Shown here piece by piece: positions 1 to 8,772 of a DNA stretch of 64,000 nt; position 1 is the first letter of the stretch, and each line of letters starts with the position of its first letter. A model generated the notes under the pieces. The model did no database searches. It saw only the letters and a program-made list of their open reading frames with translations, and was not told the origin of the DNA. The stretch is from Verrucomicrobiia bacterium (GTDB lineage: Bacteria > Verrucomicrobiota > Verrucomicrobiia > Limisphaerales > JADLHS01): the NCBI GenBank assembly GCA_036274115.1, contig DASUGI010000100.1, forward strand, positions 41,953-105,952, read 5' to 3'. The translations under genes were made by a program, and so were the position numbers.

Positions 1-2
1 CA

Positions 3-746
3 CAAAACGCTGCTAAAACGGGTGATGCCCTGCAAATCGTGCTCCGTGATACTTCCGGAATCCGTGGACAAACCAACTTAACGCTGGTCGAAAGAGGCTA
101 CGTGCAACGCATGGACTTTGGACTGGCCGTCCCGGACAGCGACGGCGACGGAATCCCGGACGCGTGGGAGTTGCATCGCTTTGGTCAATTGGGAATGTCG
201 GCCACGAATCTTACCAGCAACGGTCAGACGGTATTCCAGCATTTCATTGCGGGCACGGATCCCAATGCCACGAACGGCGGCTTTCGGATTTTCATAGCGG
301 CGACGAACTCCCAGAAGCGGGTGTGGTTCGTGGCGCAGCGCGCCGAAGGGTCGGGCTACGAGGGGCTGGCTCGGAAATACACGCTGGAATTTCGTCCCAG
401 TCTGGCGGCCGGTTCGTGGAGCGACGTGCCAAGCTATGTTGACATTCTCGGCACGAATCAGACGGTGAACTTCTTTCCTGCTGGTGCGAATGCGTCCGGC
501 TTTTACCGTGCGCGCGTTTCGCTGATCCCCGCATCGGTTTTGAACGAGCGGCCCACGCTCAAAATTGAAAGCACTGCACCCGGTCTGGCGACGCTTTCAT
601 GGACGTCGGCTGGCCCCGGCTGGTTGTTACAGGAAACCACCAATGTCACGAGTCCGAACTGGATCAACTCACCCAGTGGGGCCACAAATCCCATTACTGT
701 TCCGGCCGGAGGGCCAGCGAAGTACTACCGACTGTTTAAGCCCTGA
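3..746 (+). CDS. Secreted protein, C-terminal fragment (gene continues off the left edge)
   Basis: Frame 3 is open from base 3, so the GTG at 39 is probably internal. Contains the Asp-rich motif DSDGDGIPDAWE, then GTDP, then two beta-sandwich-like modules ending FYRARV and YYRLFKP. The same tail architecture closes the 14012-16729 and 23611-27099 proteins. Confidence 0.6.
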   Translation, partial: QNAAKTGDALQIVLRDTSGIRGQTNLTLVERGYVQRMDFGLAVPDSDGDGIPDAWELHRFGQLGMSATNLTSNGQTVFQHFIAGTDPNATNGGFRIFIAATNSQKRVWFVAQRAEGSGYEGLARKYTLEFRPSLAAGSWSDVPSYVDILGTNQTVNFFPAGANASGFYRARVSLIPASVLNERPTLKIESTAPGLATLSWTSAGPGWLLQETTNVTSPNWINSPSGATNPITVPAGGPAKYYRLFKP

Positions 747-900
747 CGCAGCGTCGCGGCTTTGAGCATGGCTTTGTTGTTGTTCGCCGTTCCTGAAAAT
801 TCTGCTCGGGTCGTCGGGCGGGTCGATGAGGCCTGTCCGGTGTTCCAGTGAACGTCCCGCTCCAGTGGTGATGAGGCATAGTTCCGAGGGGAACAGACGA

Positions 901-1560
901 TTACGCTTTGCGCTCAATAATCTTCCGCGCCTCATCGATCTTCGTTGCGAACTCGGCGCGACCTTCCGCCTCCAGTCGCTCGAAGCGGGCATCGTTGAAA
1001 ATCTCCGCCTCCACACCTTTCGAACCTTTGCCAATTGAATCTTTGAGTGCGCCCGCCATCGCGGCCACCAGGCGGTCGTGCGTGCCGAGTCGCTCGCGCA
1101 GGCGTTCCACCGACCGCGTCTCCCAAAACTCACCTTCGTCAATCACCTTCACATCCACGCCAAAGTCGCGCCACAGATCCAGCAGGCTGATGACACGCCG
1201 GTGGCACAACAAAAAATGTTCCCAACCGTGTTGCGCCGCATACTGGGTTTTGCACTCACCGGCCAGTTTCCAGTGCGTATTGCCGGGATAGCGACACAAT
1301 CCAAACTCCGCCGGTTCTGAACCCGCACCGGGCAACACCATCACGCTCCAGCCCGATTCCGCCGGGATGAAATCGCCCGTCGTGTCGCCGTTGGGCAGCT
1401 TGCGCAGTTTGACTTCATCCGGTCCGCCGCGTTTTGGCCCGATCACTTTCTCGCAACCGATCTTCTCGGCAAACGCCTTCGTGCGCGCCGCGAGTTCCTT
1501 TACCACGGAGTCGGCAAGTTCCTGTCGTGTGGAAAGCGTCCAGTGAATGGTCAGGCCCAT
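901..1560 (-). CDS. Hypothetical protein (219 aa)
   Basis: ORF 901..1770. I chose the internal ATG at 1560 (MGLTIHW...) because the upstream 70 codons are low-complexity and run through a REP hairpin. No family recognised. Confidence 0.45.
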   Translation of the reverse strand: MGLTIHWTLSTRQELADSVVKELAARTKAFAEKIGCEKVIGPKRGGPDEVKLRKLPNGDTTGDFIPAESGWSVMVLPGAGSEPAEFGLCRYPGNTHWKLAGECKTQYAAQHGWEHFLLCHRRVISLLDLWRDFGVDVKVIDEGEFWETRSVERLRERLGTHDRLVAAMAGALKDSIGKGSKGVEAEIFNDARFERLEAEGRAEFATKIDEARKIIERKA

Positions 1561-1649
1561 GCGCCGTTTGTAGCAACGGAACGCAGTGTGCTCAAGCCTG
1601 CCGTTACGGGAGCGCAGCGTAATGGTATTGACGCTCGCCCTCATTCCGG

Positions 1650-1669
1650 CCTTCTCCCCCGGGAGAAGG
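1650..1669. repeat. REP-like GC-rich hairpin CCTTCTCC-N4-GGAGAAGG
   Basis: Perfect 8-bp stem read directly. The same CCTTCTCC/GGAGAAGG hairpin recurs at 54048-54072. Confidence 0.6.
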
Positions 1670-1840
1670 AGAACCGCTCGCCGGTTTCTTTGGAATGTCT
1701 TGTGACGGTGCTGGCAGAGCAAGAAAGAGGTCCAACGGCGAGCCTGCAGAGCTAATCGCAACTGATGCACCCTGCAGAAGATTTCGTGACTTTACTTGTC
1801 CGCTTTCTGCGCGCGGCGGCTGTAGGTAAGGTGAGACGCG

Positions 1841-3400
1841 ATGGACGACGACCGACAACTCCTGCGCCGCTATGCCGCCGACGGCTCGGAAGCCGCCTTC
1901 GGCGAACTCGTCGCGCGCCATGTGAACCTCGTTTATTCCGCCGCACTCCGGCGCACGGGCGGCGACGCGCACCTTGCGCAGGACGTGGCCCAACTCGTCT
2001 TCACCGATCTCGCCCGCAAGGCTCGCACGTTGCCGGAGAACGTCGTGCTGGCTGGCTGGCTGCACCGCGCCACGCGCTACGCCGCCGCGCAATTGCTCCG
2101 CACCGAACGCCGTCGCGCCGCCCGCGAACAGGAGGCCGTCACGATGAATTCCATCCTATCCCAAACCGATTCCGACCCGTCGCGCCGAAGTCCCACGGAC
2201 GCGGACTGGGCGCAAATTCGTCCCATGCTCGATCAGGCCCTAGACGAACTGGGCGACGCAGACCGCGACGCGCTGGTTCTCCGCTTCTTCGAGCAACGCA
2301 GCCTTGCGGAAATCGGCCAGGCTCTCGACGCGAACGAAGACGCCGCTCGCAAACGCGTTACCCGCGCGCTGGAAAAGCTCCGTGCCGACCTCGTCCGCCG
2401 CGGCATCACGACGACTGCCGCGACGCTCACCGCCGTCATTTCTGCCAACGCGATTCAAGCAGCGCCAGTTGGAATGGCTGCCGCGCTTTCCACCAGTGCC
2501 ATTGCCGGAACAACCCTCACCGCCGCTACTGCCACCGCCACCAAAACCATTACCATGACCACGCTGCAAAAAATCACCATCGGAGCGTCGCTCGCCGCCT
2601 CCGTGGGCGCGGGAATCTATGAAGCGCGTCAAGCTTCAAACTCGCGAGCTGAAACCGAAGCGCTGAGGCAACAGCAAGCGCCTTTGATCGAACAAATCGG
2701 AACGCTTACTCGCGAGCGCAATGAGGCGAAACGCCAGCTCACTGTCCAACGCGACGAGATTGGGCGATTGCAGCGGAACACCGCCGAACTGCTCAAGCTG
2801 CGTGGTGAAGTCGCCCAGTTGCGGACTGATGCGCGAGAGTTGGCCCGATTGAAAACCGCGCAAGCGGCCGATGCTACCGGGGTTGTGGCCACTGAGTGGA
2901 CGGGCAAAGTAAATGTGCTGAAGGATTACGTGCAGAGAAACCCAGGCGCGGCCATTCCGGAATTTCAATTCCTTACCGAGCGCGACTGGCTTAATTCAAT
3001 CGACCCGAGCGCTTCGTATTGGCCGCTCCAGACGGACAAGGATTATCGCGCCGCTATGGATATCCTACGAGACCAAGCGCAAATGCGATTTCACGGAATG
3101 CTCAACGATGCTTTGATTCGGTTTTCTCAAGAGAATGGGAAGCCTTTCCCAGCCAGCCTCGCGGAGCTACGCACCTATCTCGAACCCGAGGTCGCGGACG
3201 TCCTGGCCCGAAATTATGAGATGGCTGCGACATCGAATCTTGCGGAAAGCTGGATTCCAAATGATCGAAATCTGGGAGGTGACTGGATGATTGCGCGAAA
3301 GTCCAGTGCGAGAGAACGTGGTCAAAGAATCGTTATCTTTCCGGTAAGGACGAAGTCCCCGGACCGGCCATCATATTCCTATTGGATGGGTTACTACTGA
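1841..3400 (+). CDS. ECF-type sigma-70 family factor fused to a transmembrane segment, coiled coil and ~190-aa C-terminal domain
   Basis: N-terminus has a region-2-like segment (HVNLVYSAALRRTGG..AQDVAQLVF) and a region-4-like segment (DRDALVLRFFEQRSLAEIGQALD..ARKRVTRALEKLR). These are followed by Ala/Thr-rich hydrophobic stretches, a heptad-like segment (EALRQQQAPLIEQIGTLTRERNEAKRQL...) and a globular tail. Confidence 0.8.
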   Translation: MDDDRQLLRRYAADGSEAAFGELVARHVNLVYSAALRRTGGDAHLAQDVAQLVFTDLARKARTLPENVVLAGWLHRATRYAAAQLLRTERRRAAREQEAVTMNSILSQTDSDPSRRSPTDADWAQIRPMLDQALDELGDADRDALVLRFFEQRSLAEIGQALDANEDAARKRVTRALEKLRADLVRRGITTTAATLTAVISANAIQAAPVGMAAALSTSAIAGTTLTAATATATKTITMTTLQKITIGASLAASVGAGIYEARQASNSRAETEALRQQQAPLIEQIGTLTRERNEAKRQLTVQRDEIGRLQRNTAELLKLRGEVAQLRTDARELARLKTAQAADATGVVATEWTGKVNVLKDYVQRNPGAAIPEFQFLTERDWLNSIDPSASYWPLQTDKDYRAAMDILRDQAQMRFHGMLNDALIRFSQENGKPFPASLAELRTYLEPEVADVLARNYEMAATSNLAESWIPNDRNLGGDWMIARKSSARERGQRIVIFPVRTKSPDRPSYSYWMGYY

Positions 3401-3415
3401 AGCACCGCGTGGCTT

Positions 3416-3479
3416 GCCCGTTGACGATTCTTGAGAAATTTGAATCCTTGTTGGCGCAGGAAGTTTAACACTTTCAACC
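3416..3479 (-). pseudogene. Displaced fragment of a rhodanese-domain 3' end (diverged copy of moeB 4507-4570)
   Basis: The minus-strand translation LKVLNFLRQQGFKFLKN matches moeB LKALNFLRQQGFKYLKS. 41 of 49 core nucleotides (3430-3478 vs 4522-4570) are identical by hand alignment. No intact gene surrounds the fragment. Confidence 0.5.
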
Positions 3480-3519
3480 GTGGCTTGCTTGATTCCCAAG
3501 CCCGAACTAAAGTGCAGGC

Positions 3520-3777
3520 ATGAGTGTGACTCTGAATGTCTCGGACGACTTCGCCCGGCGCTTGGAAAGTCAGCCGGAAGCGGCGGAAGCCGAATTGCAT
3601 TTGGAATTGGCCGTCGCGCTTTATCGTTCTGGCAGTTTGCCCGTCGGCAAGGCAGCCCGGGTTGCTGGCATGACCGAGGAACACTTCTCGGAAATCCTGC
3701 AACAACGTCACGTGCCAATGCCCTATTCCCTGACCGATCTGGAACACGACATCGCTTATGCCAGCGGTCGTCGTTGA
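3520..3777 (+). CDS. UPF0175-family antitoxin-like protein
   Basis: 85 aa. The pattern ELHLELAVALYRSGSLPVGKAARVAGMTEEHFSEIL is typical of UPF0175. It overlaps the downstream PIN-like gene by 20 nt. Confidence 0.75.
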   Translation: MSVTLNVSDDFARRLESQPEAAEAELHLELAVALYRSGSLPVGKAARVAGMTEEHFSEILQQRHVPMPYSLTDLEHDIAYASGRR

Positions 3778-4255
3778 TTCCTCGGTGTTAATCACACTCG
3801 CGGCTGGCGAGCAATTCTATCTGCTGCGGGAGTTTTATTCCACCATCCATATCCCGCCCGAGGTTTGGAAAGAAACCACGGCATCGCCAAAAACTTACGG
3901 CGTCCAAGAAGTTCAACGTGCCAAGTCGGATGGCTGGCTGATCGTGCAGTCGCCGCAAGACCTGGCGAAAGTCTCATCACTGCCGTTCAACCTGCAACCT
4001 GGCGAGACCGAGGCTTTGGCGCTCGCTTTGGAGTTGCCCGGCTCGTTGCTTTTGGTGGACGACGCCCAAGGCCGGAGAGCGGCGGCGGCTTTGGGTATCG
4101 CCTATACTGGAACATTGGGCGTGCTGTTGCGCGCAAAAGCTGAAGGAAAAATCCCCGCTTTGAAACCAGTGCTCGGACTACTGGCCGCCAGAACGACGTT
4201 CTGGTTGAGTCCAATCGTCGAAGCCGCTGCTTTGAAACAGGTTGGCGAGAACTGA
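3758..4255 (+). CDS. DUF3368-family PIN-like toxin-like protein
   Basis: 165 aa with N-terminal VVDSSVLITL and later GETEALALA..LLLVDDAQGRRAA..GTLGVLLRAK, the pattern I associate with DUF3368. Paired with a UPF0175 gene. Confidence 0.75.
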   Translation: MPAVVVDSSVLITLAAGEQFYLLREFYSTIHIPPEVWKETTASPKTYGVQEVQRAKSDGWLIVQSPQDLAKVSSLPFNLQPGETEALALALELPGSLLLVDDAQGRRAAAALGIAYTGTLGVLLRAKAEGKIPALKPVLGLLAARTTFWLSPIVEAAALKQVGEN

Positions 4256-4287
4256 ATTCTGCAATATGCGGGACGCTGCGCCTCAAC

Positions 4288-4457
4288 TGTAGCGTCGGCC
4301 ATCCTTGGCTGACGTAGAGCCGAGGCTTCCAGCCCGGCGGAAGGAAACCCACGCATGAACGAACTCCCCGACTTTTCGTTGGTCACGATCAACTCGGGCG
4401 TTTGTTCCGGGTGGCAGGATGCCACCCTGTACGGCAACACGGAAGGTTGCCGCTACG
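4288..4457. repeat. Cluster of REP-like hairpins
   Basis: Three hairpins read directly: CGTCGGCCA-N4-TGGCTGACG (4293-4314), GGGTGGCA-GGA-TGCCACCC (4409-4427) and GGCAAC-N7-GTTGCC (4433-4451). They are bracketed by GTAGCG...CGCTAC. Confidence 0.6.
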
Positions 4458-4458
4458 T

Positions 4459-5607
4459 TCAATACCGCGGCACTTTGGAATCGATCTCCTCGCTCCAGGC
4501 GGTGATGCCGCCTTTGACGCTCTTGAGGTATTTGAATCCCTGTTGCCGCAGGAAGTTCAGCGCCTTCAACGAACGCACGCCGGCTTTGCAGTGGATGTAG
4601 TAGGTCTGGTTCGGATCAAGTTCGGTGAAGCGTGATTCGATCTGGCTCAACGGCAGCAATGGCACGCCGTCCACTTTCGCGATTTCGTATTCGTCCGGCT
4701 CGCGCACGTCGATGACTTTGATGCCGAGGCTTGGATTATCCAGCGCCTTCTTCATGTCCTGCACGGTGACTTCGTCGGGATTGCCGACGGGTTCGGCAGG
4801 GGCGGGTTGGATGCCGCAGAACTGATCGTAATCAATCAGCTCCTTGATCGTCGGGTTGTCGCCGCAGATCGGGCATTGCGGGTCGCGACGCAGCTTGAGT
4901 TCGCGGAACTTCATGTCGAGCGCGTTGAACAGGAGCAGGCGGCCGACCATGGATGTGCCTTTGCCCAGCGCGAGTTTCAGGATCTCAGTCGTCTGGATGC
5001 AACCGATGATGCCGGGCAAAACGCCGAGCACGCCGCCTTCCGCGCAACTCGGCACCATGCCGGGCGGCGGCGGTTCGGGATACAGACAGCGATAGCACGG
5101 TCCACCGAGATGCGGCGCGAACACGCTGGCCTGGCCTTCGAAGCGGAAGATCGAACCATAGACGTTTGGCTTCTTGAGCAACACGCAGGCATCGTTGGTG
5201 AGATAGCGGGTTGGGAAATTGTCTGTCCCGTCGACTACGATGTCGTAGGGGCGGATGAGCTCGAAGGCGTTGCTGGAGTTGATCGCGGTGTTGTGGATGA
5301 CCACCTCGGTGTTGGGATTGATGCCCGCAATGGTTTCCTTGGCCGATTGCGCCTTGGGGCGACCGACGTCGGCGTCCGTGTGGAGAATCTGGCGTTGCAG
5401 GTTGGAGTAATCCACCACATCGAAATCCACGATGCCAATCTTGCCGATGCCCGCGGCGGCGAGATACAGGGCGATGGGCGAGCCGAGTCCGCCCGCGCCG
5501 ATGCACAGGACGCTGGTGGCTTTGATTTTCTTTTGCCCGGCCAGCCCGACTTCCGGCAGGATCAGATGCCGCGAATAACGGCGGATTTCTTCATTGCTCA
5601 GGTTCAT
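4459..5607 (-). CDS. moeB: ThiF/MoeB-type adenylyltransferase with C-terminal rhodanese domain (MoeB/MoeZ-like)
   Basis: RYSRHLILPEVGLAGQKK, GAGGLGSP nucleotide loop, CxxC pairs and a C-terminal rhodanese with the HCKAGVRS active-site loop. Start placed at the ATG at 5607 (MNLSNEE). Confidence 0.85.
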   Translation of the reverse strand: MNLSNEEIRRYSRHLILPEVGLAGQKKIKATSVLCIGAGGLGSPIALYLAAAGIGKIGIVDFDVVDYSNLQRQILHTDADVGRPKAQSAKETIAGINPNTEVVIHNTAINSSNAFELIRPYDIVVDGTDNFPTRYLTNDACVLLKKPNVYGSIFRFEGQASVFAPHLGGPCYRCLYPEPPPPGMVPSCAEGGVLGVLPGIIGCIQTTEILKLALGKGTSMVGRLLLFNALDMKFRELKLRRDPQCPICGDNPTIKELIDYDQFCGIQPAPAEPVGNPDEVTVQDMKKALDNPSLGIKVIDVREPDEYEIAKVDGVPLLPLSQIESRFTELDPNQTYYIHCKAGVRSLKALNFLRQQGFKYLKSVKGGITAWSEEIDSKVPRY

Positions 5608-5772
5608 ATTCAACACGGTCGAATCGAGTTGGATTCGAGCATCGCAGAGTAGGGGAGACTGGGGAGAAATCAAGCCGGGTGTCGGGTTCAATTCATTGAA
5701 GCCAAGCTTGACGGGAGTCGAAATCGGAGGATACTCGCCACCAAAGCTGCATCCTCTCTCCAGAAACGCATT

Positions 5773-6492
5773 ATGAAGACGATCCACCTCGGCTCAAACG
5801 CAGGCATTCGTTTCATCGCCTGTTTGCTGATGACAATCGGCGCCACCGCGCTACTCCTGTCAACCATCGAGGCCCGCGGACAAGGTGTGCTTTACACCGA
5901 CCGTTCGATCTTTAATACCGTGCTGCAATCGAGCACGACGGTTGATTTTGAGGGCTTGCCACCGTACGACGGGATGGGAATCGGGGAATCGCCGATCACC
6001 GTATTGAATCCGGTGTTCCCTTTTAATCCGATTTTGACCGTTACCAATTTCGAGCACCGGTTGTTTGTGGCCGGAGGTTCCAGCCCGATGAATCCAGCGC
6101 CCGGCACGGGTCAGTATATTTGGAATTTCGATTCGAGTTATCCCATGGGGATTTTCTTTCCGGCTGGGAGAAACGCGTTCGGTGCGGATTTCTCAGGCGG
6201 GATCGCTCTGAGTGGTCCGTTCAATGCGACGCTGACCTTCACGCTGCTTAGCGGACAAACCTACACGCACAACTTCACGGGCCAGATAGGAAGCTGGACA
6301 TTCCGCGGCTTTGTCTTTTCAGAATCCATTACGAGCGTCGTCTACAATGATGGCGGGCCGTTCCTGCCGGGCGGGCATGAGGAAATGATCGACAACGTCA
6401 CTTACGGGGTGGCCGTGCCCGAGCCGCAGGTGTTTTCATTACTCGTCGCTGGTTTGCTGGTTCGGTTTTGCCGCAAACGGCCGGGAGTTTAG
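5773..6492 (+). CDS. PEP-CTERM sorting-domain secreted protein
   Basis: N-terminal signal/TM segment and a C-terminal VPEP motif, followed by a hydrophobic helix and RKR (AVPEPQVFSLLVAGLLVRFCRKR). Confidence 0.75.
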   Translation: MKTIHLGSNAGIRFIACLLMTIGATALLLSTIEARGQGVLYTDRSIFNTVLQSSTTVDFEGLPPYDGMGIGESPITVLNPVFPFNPILTVTNFEHRLFVAGGSSPMNPAPGTGQYIWNFDSSYPMGIFFPAGRNAFGADFSGGIALSGPFNATLTFTLLSGQTYTHNFTGQIGSWTFRGFVFSESITSVVYNDGGPFLPGGHEEMIDNVTYGVAVPEPQVFSLLVAGLLVRFCRKRPGV

Positions 6493-6593
6493 TAGGAACC
6501 TCATCACCCGGTTTATGCCGTACCGGTGAGGCTCAGAGATCAGAAGATTCAAGATTCTCTAGCATTGCTGGCAGAAACAGGCAGTCTTTTCCG

Positions 6594-7418
6594 GTGAGTT
6601 GTACTGACCCGAGAATTCCTGCATCGAGAATCAAGAAGCTTTCCCGACTCCGACCGACTCTTGGCATCGTGCTGGGCAGTGGCTTCAAACATCTCCTGAA
6701 TGAGTTGCAGGCAGATGCCCGGATTTCCTATGGGAAGCTGCCCGGCTTTTCAAAACCCGATGTACCCGGGCATGACGGCAACCTGGTCGTGGGGACATTG
6801 GGCGGTACTCCAGTGACCGTGGTGAGTGGACGAGCGCACTTCTACGAAGGGCATTCAATGGAGCGGGTGACGTTCGGGGTACGGACGTTGGCGGCATGCG
6901 GCGTTACGGACTTGCTGCTGACCAATGCGGCGGGAGGCATTAATCCGAAGTTTCGACCGGGCGATTTTATGGTGGTGACGGACCATATCAATTTTATGGG
7001 CGTGAATCCACTTCGTGGTCCGGCGCTTTCTGGTCAGCAGCGCTTTGTTGATTTGACCCAGGCCTATGATCCGGAGCTGAATCAGATGCTTCGGTCCGCA
7101 GCGCGAGTGGCGAAGGTCCGCCTGCGACGCGGGATCTATGTGGCGGTTGGCGGACCGAGTTATGAAACGCCGGCAGAGATTCGGGCGTTTGCCAAACTCG
7201 GCGCGGATGCGGTGGGCATGAGCACGGTGCCGGAAGTTATCGTGGCGCGACAGTGCGGAGTACGGGTGGCGGCGTTGTCGTGCATTACGAATCTGGCAGC
7301 GGGCGTGGGGAAGTCCTTGGTGTCGCACGAGGAAGTTTTGGAAACTGGCGAACGGGTGAAGCAGGCTGGCGCGCGTTTGCTGAAGGCGTTCTTGAAGCGT
7401 TATGGGCGAAATCAATAG
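6594..7418 (+). CDS. punA: Purine nucleoside phosphorylase (trimeric PNP type)
   Basis: LGIVLGSGF...GHDGNLVVGTLGG..V.SGRAHFYEG...LLTNAAGG...GPSYETPAE..GADAVGMSTVPE. The start is uncertain: GTG 6594 gives 274 aa, while the ORF opens at a TTG at 6468. Confidence 0.85.
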   Translation: MSCTDPRIPASRIKKLSRLRPTLGIVLGSGFKHLLNELQADARISYGKLPGFSKPDVPGHDGNLVVGTLGGTPVTVVSGRAHFYEGHSMERVTFGVRTLAACGVTDLLLTNAAGGINPKFRPGDFMVVTDHINFMGVNPLRGPALSGQQRFVDLTQAYDPELNQMLRSAARVAKVRLRRGIYVAVGGPSYETPAEIRAFAKLGADAVGMSTVPEVIVARQCGVRVAALSCITNLAAGVGKSLVSHEEVLETGERVKQAGARLLKAFLKRYGRNQ

Positions 7419-7803
7419 AGCGAAACTCGTTCATGCGGCGGCGAAGGCCAGGAACCAGGCGGTCGCGCCTTATTCCAAATTCCGGGTGGGCGCCGCGTTG
7501 TTGACCAAGCGAGGCGGAATCGTTACAGGCGCGAATGTCGAAAGTGCGAGCTACGGACTTACGTGTTGTGCTGAGCGAGTAGCCTTGTTCAAGGCATTGA
7601 CCGAAGGGAAGAAAGATTTCGTTGCCATTGCCGTGGTTGCCAGGGTTGCCGGTGGAGCGATGCCATGCGGCGCGTGCCGTCAGTTATTGGTGGAGTATGC
7701 GCCGAATGCGCGCGTGTTCGTGGCGGACAGCCGAGCGCTAAAGCGAGTAAGGGAGTTCAATATCTCCGGGTTATTGCCGAGTGCATTTATGAAACTTACC
7801 TGA
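7402..7803 (+). CDS. cdd: Cytidine deaminase
   Basis: 133 aa with the zinc motifs CAERVALFKA and PCGACRQLL. Overlaps punA by 17 nt. Confidence 0.9.
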   Translation: MGEINRAKLVHAAAKARNQAVAPYSKFRVGAALLTKRGGIVTGANVESASYGLTCCAERVALFKALTEGKKDFVAIAVVARVAGGAMPCGACRQLLVEYAPNARVFVADSRALKRVREFNISGLLPSAFMKLT

Positions 7804-7880
7804 TAAGTAGAGCAAGAAATGGTTAGTTTCTGGCAATAACGAAAGTTGACGTAAAAGCGACTTTGGAATTGAATTAACTT

Positions 7881-8768
7881 ATGCAAATAGAAAGTATGAA
7901 AGTATTCTGCGACCTCGCAGAAACTGAGAGTTTCACCAAAGCCGCCCAGATCAACGGAGTCACGCAATCTGCCGTCAGCCAGCAGATCAGCTCATTGGAG
8001 CGCCAGTTCAAATCGTTGCTGATCGAACGCAGCAAGAAAAAATTCCGCCTCACTCGCGAGGGTCAGGTGCTTTACGACTACAGCAAGCAGATCATTCAGA
8101 CTTACGATGGCTTGCACAGCAAACTGCAGGAGATCAAAGACATCATTTCCGGCACGATTCGCGTGGCGACCATTTACAGTATCGGCCTGCACGATCTGCC
8201 ACCTTACATCAAACGCTTTCTCAAGGATTATCCGACCGTGCACGTGCACGTGGAGTACCGCCGGGCCAACCAGGTTTATGAAGACGTCTTCAGCAACGTC
8301 GTGGACCTCGGCCTGGTGGCGTATCCGTCCAAGGATGGGAAACTGGAGGTCGTGTCGTTGCGCAAAGATCCGCTGGTGCTGATTTGCCATCCGCAACATC
8401 CGTTCGCCAGGCAGAAGTCAATCAAACTTAAGGCGGTGACGGATCAGAAGTTTGTTGGTTTCGAGCCGGATATCCCCACGCGCAAGGCCCTGGACAAGGT
8501 GCTCAAGGAAAACAACGTCGAAGTGAAGAACGTGATGGAGTTCGACAACATCGAGACGGTGAAGCGTGCCGTGGAAATCGATGCGGGAGTCTCCATCGTG
8601 CCTCAGGGGACGGTCGCCCAGGAAATTACCAAGCAGACGTTGGCCGCGGTTACGATTGAAGATGCGGAGTTGTATCGTCCACTGGCCGCCATCTATAAGA
8701 AGAATAAAGTGCTCTCGCCAGCGATGCGCCAGTTCATTAACATCATCCGGGATGGTAGCAAGCCATGA
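7881..8768 (+). CDS. LysR-family transcriptional regulator
   Basis: N-terminal wHTH (FTKAAQINGVTQSAVSQQISSLE) and a LysR substrate-binding-type C-terminus. 295 aa. Confidence 0.9.
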   Translation: MQIESMKVFCDLAETESFTKAAQINGVTQSAVSQQISSLERQFKSLLIERSKKKFRLTREGQVLYDYSKQIIQTYDGLHSKLQEIKDIISGTIRVATIYSIGLHDLPPYIKRFLKDYPTVHVHVEYRRANQVYEDVFSNVVDLGLVAYPSKDGKLEVVSLRKDPLVLICHPQHPFARQKSIKLKAVTDQKFVGFEPDIPTRKALDKVLKENNVEVKNVMEFDNIETVKRAVEIDAGVSIVPQGTVAQEITKQTLAAVTIEDAELYRPLAAIYKKNKVLSPAMRQFINIIRDGSKP

Positions 8769-8772
8769 AGAC

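Noticed and set aside
1765-2622. 285-aa Arg/Pro-rich ORF overlapping the ECF sigma gene in another frame
   Set aside because: The composition (poly-Arg/Pro/Gly) is typical of an off-frame read of high-GC coding DNA. The overlapping frame has clear sigma-70 region 2 and region 4 motifs.
3394-3795. 133-aa minus-strand ORF across the TA cassette
   Set aside because: Only its last ~17 codons resemble anything, namely the rhodanese fragment. The rest is antisense to the UPF0175/DUF3368 genes, which have recognisable family features.
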